From: an uncultured Hyphomicrobiales bacterium
GTDB taxonomy: Bacteria > Bacteroidota > Ignavibacteria > Kapaibacteriales > Kapaibacteriaceae
Assembly (NCBI GenBank): GCA_964493635.1
Contig: CAZBOW010000002.1
Coordinates: 71,728 to 132,898, forward strand
DNA: 61,171 nucleotides
Reading direction: 5' to 3'
This document shows positions 1 through 6,867 of the stretch, one piece after another. The position numbers were made by a program, and so were the translations under genes. Under the pieces are notes generated by a model. It saw nothing but the letters and a program-made list of their open reading frames with translations. It did not search any database and was not told where the DNA came from. Numbering within the stretch: position 1 is the first letter of the stretch; every line of letters starts with the position of its first letter.

Positions 1-1904
1 CCACCACGGCCATGGTGACCTTGGGTGATATTCTCAAAGAGCAGACGGGCCTACTGATGACAGGTACCGTGCGAACCGGTGTGCAGATGAATGGCCTTGG
101 GCCGGATTACACGATGATCCTGATTGACGGCCAGCCCATGGTAGGGCGCGTGGCTGGCGTGTTGGATCTCGACCGCGTTTCTGTTGGCAATATTGAGCGG
201 ATCGAAGTGGTCAAGGGGCCCATGTCGAGCATGTTTGGCAGCGAGGCACTGGCCGGCGTGATCAACATCATCACTGCCACACCCGATGACGGACTCACTG
301 GATCGGCAACCGTCCAGGCGCTGAGTCGCGGACCTGTTGATTCCCGCGTTGAGCTAGGATATCGCAGCGGTGACCTGCAACTCTCTGGCTTTCTGAACTA
401 CCGCACGGCTGCTGCGTTTAGTTTGCCACTGGATACGTTATCGATTCCGTACTCAGGCTACCAGGACGCAACAGTACAAGCAAAGGTGGAGTACCGCGCC
501 AGTAAGCACTGGAAGTTGCGCGGTTGGATTCGGGGCTTTGGCACGGAAACCAAGGGGACGTTCATCGAGAGTGTGTTCGGTCAGATTGCTTCAAACACGG
601 GGAGTGTGATCCAGTCCGACCTGTCCACAACGCTGGGCGCCGAGTGGATCAAGGGCCGTGCGCGACTTACTCTCACAGCCTATGCGTCGGCCTACAACGA
701 GCGGTATAACTTCGACGTGGCTCAGGGCCAGGCCGGTGAGACCGACGACCTTCTGCGCCGTATTGCCCGGATGTATGCTCAGTACGACCTAGTCCTCGGT
801 GAGTCGAACCGCATGACGGTAGGGGGCGAGTTCCTGTACGACGACATCGCCGGAACTCGATACGAGGATCCAAGCAATCCCGGGACCAGCCCCTTCTATC
901 GCACAGGTGTAGCCTTTGCGCAGTGGGAGGGTCAGCCTACGTCATGGATTTCGTACGTGTTAAGTGCCCGCTTCGATGGCAACAACGTCTTCGGCGAGGC
1001 CCTCAGCCCCCGATTCTCCCTCCTCTGGAAGCCTGGTGATCATCTACGCGTATCGGGGTCGATCGGCACTGGCTTCAAAGCGCCGGACTTCCGACAGCTC
1101 TTTGTGACCTTCTCCAATCGACTTGCCGGAGCGGGCTACGACCTGATCGGTGCGGCGCGACTGGGAAACAGCCTCGAGCCGGAGCGGAGCGTATCCTACG
1201 ACCTTGGCCTGCGGTACGAAGATGGGCAACGCGATTTATCCAGCACCGTATCGATCCTCTACTCAGGGGAGCTGCGCGCCTACCGGAACAACCTGCGCAA
1301 CTTAATCGAGTTCTACCTTGCTGGTGAGGTCGATGGGCGCAACGTGTATAGCTACCGGAACCTGACCAGCGTGTACACCCAGGGCGTCGAGGCCAATCTG
1401 CAACTCGCACTCGCCATTGCAGATGTTGGGGCATTCTCCGTGCAGGGTGGTTACCAGTTCCTGGATGCAAAGGATGTGCAGGTTCTCGAGGCAATCGATA
1501 ATGGCCAAGCAGGTACCATCGACGAACAGCTCACACGGGAGACCTACGGTGGATTGTGGAACCGCTCCCGGAATAGTGGCACACTCCGACTACAGTACGA
1601 CAGCGACGACCGAGCGTGGAGCACTAACGTGCGTCTGCAATTCATCGGCCGCTACGGTGATGAATCCCTCGATCGAAATGGAGTGGTCATCAGTGATCCG
1701 GCACGCAAGGTATTGGATCGTCCAGACGAATACGTTGATGGCTACACGGTGCTGAACCTTGCTGCCACACGCACGTTCCAGATCGACGATCTACGCCTGA
1801 AGGTGGGTGCCGGCATCAACAACGCCCTCGACCGCTTCCATCCTACCCTGATTCCGGGGCTGGTAGGGCGGCAGTTCTTCGTCCAGACGGCTCTGGAGTT
1901 TTAA
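1..1904 (+). CDS. TonB-dependent outer-membrane receptor, 5' end cut by the window edge
   Basis: The frame is open from nt 3 (listed ORF 12..1904). Plug-domain motifs are present (ILIDGQPM, IERIEVVKGPMSSMFGSEALAGVINIIT). The long remainder looks like a beta-barrel and ends in an aromatic residue (...QTALEF). Confidence 0.85.
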   Translation, partial: TTAMVTLGDILKEQTGLLMTGTVRTGVQMNGLGPDYTMILIDGQPMVGRVAGVLDLDRVSVGNIERIEVVKGPMSSMFGSEALAGVINIITATPDDGLTGSATVQALSRGPVDSRVELGYRSGDLQLSGFLNYRTAAAFSLPLDTLSIPYSGYQDATVQAKVEYRASKHWKLRGWIRGFGTETKGTFIESVFGQIASNTGSVIQSDLSTTLGAEWIKGRARLTLTAYASAYNERYNFDVAQGQAGETDDLLRRIARMYAQYDLVLGESNRMTVGGEFLYDDIAGTRYEDPSNPGTSPFYRTGVAFAQWEGQPTSWISYVLSARFDGNNVFGEALSPRFSLLWKPGDHLRVSGSIGTGFKAPDFRQLFVTFSNRLAGAGYDLIGAARLGNSLEPERSVSYDLGLRYEDGQRDLSSTVSILYSGELRAYRNNLRNLIEFYLAGEVDGRNVYSYRNLTSVYTQGVEANLQLALAIADVGAFSVQGGYQFLDAKDVQVLEAIDNGQAGTIDEQLTRETYGGLWNRSRNSGTLRLQYDSDDRAWSTNVRLQFIGRYGDESLDRNGVVISDPARKVLDRPDEYVDGYTVLNLAATRTFQIDDLRLKVGAGINNALDRFHPTLIPGLVGRQFFVQTALEF

Positions 1905-1938
1905 TGGAGTTTTAATGGCGTTTTAGTGGAGTTTAGAC
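1895..1938. repeat. About 4 tandem copies of an 11-bp unit (GGAGTTTTAAT, GGAGTTTTAAT, GGCGTTTTAGT, GGAGTTTAGAC)
   Basis: Read directly. The repeat spans the receptor stop codon (1902-1904) and the paaD stop codon (1933-1935) in the convergent spacer. Confidence 0.7.
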
Positions 1939-2442
1939 GGGTTTGAACCCTTCAAACGCTTGTTTACAGGCGTTGCAATAGTGCAGCGATCGGCACAGCG
2001 TTGGCCCAAACGGCGACTTCATCGTGGTATTACGGCTGCCGCAGTATGGGCAGGCCGTATTGTTCAGCACGTCCAGATGGAGCTCGACGGTGGTATCGAA
2101 GGGTTCTGGCGGCGCTAACCCATGCTTGAGCAACATCGCCCGACCATGCTCCGTGAGTCGGTTTGTTGTCCACGGTTCGTCGAAGTTCACTTCCACCGTC
2201 ACGTTGGCAACACCCAAGGCTCGAACCGCAGCCTCGGCCTCGGACCGCATGACGTCGATGGCAGGACAACCCACGAAGGTAGGCGTCATCGTAACATGGA
2301 CAGATCCATCCTCCGCCACGGTTGCACCCGTGATCACTCCCATATCTACAAGGGACAGGGTGGGAATCTCGGGATCCATTACCTGCGTTAGGGCTTCCAG
2401 GACATCCGTGCGCGTGATGGTCATACCACAGCCCCCTACCAT
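1933..2442 (-). CDS. paaD: 1,2-phenylacetyl-CoA epoxidase subunit D (PaaD/PaaJ, DUF59-type)
   Basis: N-terminal MDPEIPTLSLVDMGVI motif, central TPTFVGCPA motif and a C-terminal Cys cluster (CPYCGS...HYCNACKQAFEGFKPV), as in PaaD. An alternative start at M7 (2424) would remove the 7-nt overlap with paaC. Confidence 0.8.
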   Translation of the reverse strand: MVGGCGMTITRTDVLEALTQVMDPEIPTLSLVDMGVITGATVAEDGSVHVTMTPTFVGCPAIDVMRSEAEAAVRALGVANVTVEVNFDEPWTTNRLTEHGRAMLLKHGLAPPEPFDTTVELHLDVLNNTACPYCGSRNTTMKSPFGPTLCRSLHYCNACKQAFEGFKPV

Positions 2443-3188
2443 TCGGCCGATGGATCGATACGGTATACCTCTGTCATCTCGTCCAGCATCGGCTGGAGGT
2501 ATTCGGTGTGAAAGCCGTTACGACCGCCCAGCATCACCGCACCATCAGCGGGAACAACCAGCGATGCCTTCGCACAGACATCAGCCACCGATGTGCGCCA
2601 CGCGTCTTCTAAGGCCTTCTCCCCGGCAAACACCCCCTCGGCAATGAGGGTTGCATCATCGTCCTTGGGATCGAACATGCCCAGCGCATAGGGCCACGCC
2701 TCGTTCAATGCCGACTGCATGCGCGCCTTGCTCTCCTCGGTGCCTTGGCTAGACAGCTGGATGATCCATGTTTGGGCATGGTACAAATGGTACTTCAGCT
2801 CGCCATGTACCTTACGGGCAAGTTTGGCAAGGGGCTCAAGCGTGCTGGATGCCAGCATGCCATAGCGCAGGTACTCGGCAGTATCGAACAGGAAATGCCG
2901 GACGAGGGAGAAATCATACTCACCATTCGGCAGCTCAACGAACTGACAGCACGTAAAGGTGTCTTCGTTACGACCGAAGGCATGGGCGTCCGGAGCGGGA
3001 GCTCCAAACTGATCATGAAGAATCTGGTAGAGTGCCTGGGCATGACCCAGCTTATCCTGGGCAATCGACGAGAATGCAATGTCTTCCTCTAGGAGCGGCC
3101 CCATGCCGGTCCACTCTGAGTGACGGTGGGCCAAGATCAGTTCATCATCGGCCATGCGCAGTAGTAATCGCTGGGTGGCAGTACTCAT
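2436..3188 (-). CDS. paaC: 1,2-phenylacetyl-CoA epoxidase subunit C (PaaC/PaaI)
   Basis: The 250-aa product aligns by eye along its length with PaaC (LILAHRHSEWTGMGPLLEEDIAFSSIAQDKLGHAQAL; ELKYHLYHAQTWI). It overlaps paaB by 4 nt. Confidence 0.75.
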   Translation of the reverse strand: MSTATQRLLLRMADDELILAHRHSEWTGMGPLLEEDIAFSSIAQDKLGHAQALYQILHDQFGAPAPDAHAFGRNEDTFTCCQFVELPNGEYDFSLVRHFLFDTAEYLRYGMLASSTLEPLAKLARKVHGELKYHLYHAQTWIIQLSSQGTEESKARMQSALNEAWPYALGMFDPKDDDATLIAEGVFAGEKALEDAWRTSVADVCAKASLVVPADGAVMLGGRNGFHTEYLQPMLDEMTEVYRIDPSAEW

Positions 3189-3580
3189 GATTTGCTATCC
3201 TCCCCCTGCGCCTTCTTGAATGCATCAACCTTGTTCCGAACCATATAGGCCGCTACGTCGCGATACTTCTTTTCCGGTGTGGTTTCAAAGACGTCGGCAT
3301 CACCCGACGCCATGGTAATGACATGGGCAGTACTCACAACCCACAGGTTGTACGTTTGTCCGCGTCGGGCGTACTGTTCCTTTGCCAGCAGGAGTGCCAG
3401 CTCCGGTGTTGGGGCATGTACCGAACCAACGTGCACGTGATGGGCACCGCTCTTTGGCTGGTGGAAGACCTCGTAGGTCTGAAACTGGTCCATCTCTGGT
3501 TTTGCCACCTGCTCTGCAGGAGCGTCCGCATCAATGGAGAGGCGCGTCACGCGCGGGTCGAGGGAAATGATCGTTGCCAT
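3185..3580 (-). CDS. paaB: 1,2-phenylacetyl-CoA epoxidase subunit B (PaaB) with a ~35-aa N-terminal extension
   Basis: YEVFHQPKSGAHHVHVGSVHAPTPELALLLAKEQYARRGQTYNLWVV matches the PaaB core. Confidence 0.8.
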   Translation of the reverse strand: MATIISLDPRVTRLSIDADAPAEQVAKPEMDQFQTYEVFHQPKSGAHHVHVGSVHAPTPELALLLAKEQYARRGQTYNLWVVSTAHVITMASGDADVFETTPEKKYRDVAAYMVRNKVDAFKKAQGEDSKS

Positions 3581-3585
3581 ACGTG

Positions 3586-3593
3586 CAAAGTTA
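3586..3593 (-). promoter_or_regulatory. TAnnTTTG box (TAACTTTG) 5 nt upstream of the paaB ATG
   Basis: The minus strand reads TAACTTTG-CACGT-ATG. This matches the Bacteroidetes sigma-A -7 consensus and lies in the 23-nt spacer. Confidence 0.4.
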
Positions 3594-3603
3594 GCGAAGA
3601 GCG

Positions 3604-5925
3604 TTAACGAACGATCAGCACGGGATACGTGCGCACCTGCTCGTTGTCCACCGTGACGATGATCTGATACATGCCGGACGGTAGATCTCGGGTATCGCAG
3701 TGCAAGGTAGACCTGTCAGCACCGGTCGCAACATCAAGGTCGCGTACCGGTCGACCAACGGCATTCAGCAGCACTCCGCGCACGGGGGCAGGCGGTGTCA
3801 GACCCATTTCGAAGGCCTCTGTGGCCGGCATTGGGTAGGGGGCCGACAGCCTGTGGGCCGTTCCTGCACGGTACACCACAGCGTCTACGGGTACATCGCA
3901 CCGCGACGTACTCTCAAACAAAATCTCGGTACCTCGCGAGCGAATGGGCACCAGCGTCGGTGAACAGGTATCAGAGAGCACGAGGGTGTCGCGTACCAAT
4001 CCCGTATCGATGGCCGCGCAACACACCGTCAGCTCGGCTTGGGCCAGTGGTGCAATCGTGATTGGAAACTGGCCAAGGGGAGCACTGCAAAAGACGTTCC
4101 CGAGCATCGTCGGCGAGGTAATCACCAGGTTCTCCGCCGTGGATCGATTTCGAACAAGGACGGTCGTGCAGGACAGGTCGCCTACGTGGTGTTCCGGGAC
4201 AACTACGTCGTTGCCTGCCGAGAATTGGATGTCGATTTTGTTGCGCGTGTTCAGCACTTCAACCGTTACCGGTTCCGAAGTTCCCACGCAGCCAAACGAA
4301 TCGACAACCGTGACCGTGTAGGTTCCTGCCTCACCAGTGGTGATCTCCCTGTCTGTAGATTCGTTCGACCATCGATACGACACGAAACCCTCGGGAGCAG
4401 ACAGCGTGATGGTTTCATCCAGACACAGCGTGGTGCGCCGATTGGCCGAGATGACCGGATCGGGTGTAGGGTGTACCGTGATCTGGACGGGTTGCGATTC
4501 TTTGATGCAGCCGCTGATGTCGATGGCGGTGATCGTGTACTGCCCCGACGCGTCAACCGTGATGGTGGAACCCACGTCGCCTGTAGACCACTCCGTGCGA
4601 AGGAAGGTGCCTCGCACGGTCAGTGTGACCGTTTCTCCCTGACAGACCTCCGTTGCCGACGCGACGATCTCTGGAGCGTCACCGGGCTTAATCTGGACGC
4701 GCACGGTATCAAACGACGTTTCGCAGGTGAACTTGTCGTAGGCTTGGACAACGTACTCCCCCTCGGTGGTCAGGAGCCTACCCTGCGAGGTGACGCCATC
4801 ATTCCAGGTGTACGACGTAAATCCAGTGTTCGCCTCAACATATACCGAGTCGCCATCGCAGAGCTCAATGACAGGCTCGGGTGGCCAGATGGACACTGTA
4901 CGGGATGATGCACCGAAGTTGGTTTTATAAATGCCGTCGCCACACACCCAACCGAGGGTATCATTCACAAACCAGATGTCGTCCATACTGCCGTTGATGC
5001 CACAGTTGCGGAGCTCCCACGTGGCACCAGCGTTGGCGGTATAGTACACTGCGGCACCATCGCCCGCTGCCCACCCTGTGCGCTCGTTCAGCAGAAACGT
5101 ACCGAACATGTTGGCCGGAACTTGGGTTTCGCGAAACGATCGGCCACCATCCACCGAGAACCGCATCGAGCCGATACCTCGTGTCTGTCCATCGCAATCC
5201 AGCCCGGATGTCGGCAGGAGCATGCTGTTGCGGAAAATAGCCAGCTCCTCGGTCCACACGCGCGTACCTGTCTGGGCGTACACATCCCACGTTTGCCCGA
5301 AGGTTGTTGTGCGCCACAGCACGCCGGAGCTCACGGCAAAGCCGGTGCCGTTGTCGTAGAGAATGGCATCCGACAGACCACTATTCGGCACAGCACCGTA
5401 GTACACCGTCCAGCTGTCGCCACCATTCGTTGTGTGGTAAAAGGCCTGTAACCCAGTGGCACAGCCCCCTACCAAATACACGCCGACGTTTTGATTCAGA
5501 AAGTAGCAGCCCCATCCCTTCTCACCGTTGGGATCCTGCGGAGTGATATCGCGCCACGATGCGCCACCATCATCCGACCGGTAGATCCCGGCGGGACCGG
5601 AGACGTACCCTACCTGTGGCGTGAGGAATTGGATGTGTTCTAGGAAGTCGCGGGACGTGCGGGAGCCCCTCCAGGTTTGCCCGCCATCCGTGGTGCGAAC
5701 AACATACCCCTCCATACTGCACGCCCACCCATATTGGGGGTTGCTGGGAAGGAACATGATGTCAAGGTAGTATCCGGCATCGTAGGGGGCTGGCAGTGTG
5801 GCAGGAAGCCATTGAGCTGCAGCAACCAGTGGCATGGTTACCCATACCACGATCATACCGGCGATCGACCGGAACCATGAACGTGCTATGGAACATCGTG
5901 GTATCACGTGGGGATTATCGTACAA
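3604..5925 (-). CDS. Secreted BNR/Asp-box beta-propeller protein with 3 Cys-bracketed Ig-like modules, a PapD/HYDIN-like module and a T9SS C-terminal sorting domain
   Basis: There is a signal-peptide-like N-terminus (RSWFRSIAGMIVVWVTMPLVAAAQ). Six Asp-box motifs are present (TTDGGQTWR, SDDGGASWR, TTNGGDSWT, TTFGQTWD, SVDGGRSFR, ANAGATWE). Three repeats of C.G(D/E).V...Y.W...G.Y.V...D..GC span aa 345-558. The C-terminus is ...SGMYQIIVTVDNEQVRTYPVLIVR. An alternative start lies at 5856. Confidence 0.8.
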   Translation of the reverse strand: MYDNPHVIPRCSIARSWFRSIAGMIVVWVTMPLVAAAQWLPATLPAPYDAGYYLDIMFLPSNPQYGWACSMEGYVVRTTDGGQTWRGSRTSRDFLEHIQFLTPQVGYVSGPAGIYRSDDGGASWRDITPQDPNGEKGWGCYFLNQNVGVYLVGGCATGLQAFYHTTNGGDSWTVYYGAVPNSGLSDAILYDNGTGFAVSSGVLWRTTTFGQTWDVYAQTGTRVWTEELAIFRNSMLLPTSGLDCDGQTRGIGSMRFSVDGGRSFRETQVPANMFGTFLLNERTGWAAGDGAAVYYTANAGATWELRNCGINGSMDDIWFVNDTLGWVCGDGIYKTNFGASSRTVSIWPPEPVIELCDGDSVYVEANTGFTSYTWNDGVTSQGRLLTTEGEYVVQAYDKFTCETSFDTVRVQIKPGDAPEIVASATEVCQGETVTLTVRGTFLRTEWSTGDVGSTITVDASGQYTITAIDISGCIKESQPVQITVHPTPDPVISANRRTTLCLDETITLSAPEGFVSYRWSNESTDREITTGEAGTYTVTVVDSFGCVGTSEPVTVEVLNTRNKIDIQFSAGNDVVVPEHHVGDLSCTTVLVRNRSTAENLVITSPTMLGNVFCSAPLGQFPITIAPLAQAELTVCCAAIDTGLVRDTLVLSDTCSPTLVPIRSRGTEILFESTSRCDVPVDAVVYRAGTAHRLSAPYPMPATEAFEMGLTPPAPVRGVLLNAVGRPVRDLDVATGADRSTLHCDTRDLPSGMYQIIVTVDNEQVRTYPVLIVR

Positions 5926-6766
5926 TCAAGGCTCGTCCGAACACGTTGGTGTTTCGACCAACAATGGCAACCATATACAGTCCGGGTGGAACGGGACTGC
6001 CCATCGTTGACCGACCTGACCAGACGAACTCGACCTGCCCCATATTGGACGCTAGGGGACGACTGAAGACAAACTCGCCGAGTTGGTTCGTGACAATCAC
6101 ATCCACAACGTCGTCCTGGGTGGCAGCCGAGATGGTCACATCTCCATGAGCGGGAACGGGATAGATCTTCAGGTTCCGTGCAATCCCGGAAGCCTCGATA
6201 ACCGAGACGGAATTCGAAACGGTAATCTCGATGGGTTCCATCCAGTTCCATTCGTCTCCGCCGGTGCCACCGTTCCTATTTACAGCATTGCCGATAGCAT
6301 GCAGGAAGTACGTGCCTTCCGTGCTTGGAGCGGTCCACGTGAATTCGAAACTCACCACACCATTGGAACCACTTCGCGGACTCGCATGCGTGAGCTGACC
6401 CTGCGTAAGCCGTAATCCACCATTGCTAACCGCAGCAAGGGTCCCAGCGGCCGTGGTGCCGTTACGCTCCGTATTCACCGAAATGTTTGCTCCCGCATAG
6501 GAGAGCGAAGTATGCTCGACACGCAGGGATAGTTCTAGGGTGCCACCCGGTTGAACGGCCAGCTTGCCATCTACCGCTTGCGGCACCGTCACACGTGTAC
6601 GTGACGACGGGCTGCCTCCGTGACATCCACCAGGCCCACAACCGGCGGTATTCAGTGTGGTGCGTCGGGTAACACCACTGGAACTTCCAAAAGCCGTGGT
6701 GCTTACAACAACAAGCAATAGGATCGACAAGATCGACAGAATCGAGAGGTTGGGCATTCTTTTCAT
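5915..6766 (-). CDS. Small secreted T9SS-sorted protein with a CGPGGCH (CX4CH) motif
   Basis: The signal peptide is MKRMPNLSILSILSILLLVVVSTTAFG. The motif AGCGPGGCHGG is at aa 42-51 (nt 6620-6640). The T9SS-type tail is IYPVPAHGDVTI...GLYMVAIVGRNTNVFGRALIVR. It overlaps the next gene by 11 nt. Confidence 0.75.
   Translation of the reverse strand: MKRMPNLSILSILSILLLVVVSTTAFGSSSGVTRRTTLNTAGCGPGGCHGGSPSSRTRVTVPQAVDGKLAVQPGGTLELSLRVEHTSLSYAGANISVNTERNGTTAAGTLAAVSNGGLRLTQGQLTHASPRSGSNGVVSFEFTWTAPSTEGTYFLHAIGNAVNRNGGTGGDEWNWMEPIEITVSNSVSVIEASGIARNLKIYPVPAHGDVTISAATQDDVVDVIVTNQLGEFVFSRPLASNMGQVEFVWSGRSTMGSPVPPGLYMVAIVGRNTNVFGRALIVR
6722..6748 (-). repeat. 9-bp tandem repeat x3 encoding (SIL)3 inside the signal peptide
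   Basis: The plus strand reads GATCGACAA GATCGACAG AATCGAGAG. Confidence 0.7.
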
Positions 6767-6770
6767 GTGT

Positions 6771-6778
6771 CAAATCTA
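6771..6778 (-). promoter_or_regulatory. TAnnTTTG box (TAGATTTG) 4 nt upstream of the ATG of the 283-aa gene
   Basis: The minus strand reads TAGATTTG-ACAC-ATG, immediately downstream of the terminator of the giant gene. Confidence 0.4.
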
Positions 6779-6792
6779 CCTGTGGTGTACAT

Positions 6793-6828
6793 AAAAAACG
6801 AAGGGCACACCGTATGGCGTGCCCTTCG
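6793..6828 (-). terminator. Rho-independent terminator of the giant T9SS gene
   Basis: The minus strand reads CGAAGGGCAC-GCCATACGGT-GTGCCCTTCG-TTTTTTAT. This is a perfect 10-bp GC-rich stem (6799-6808 / 6819-6828) with a 10-nt loop and a T6 run, 40 nt after the stop at 6868. Confidence 0.8.
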
Positions 6829-6867
6829 CAAGAGTCAGCTGGTTAACGACAGCTGGTTGTCAGTGGA

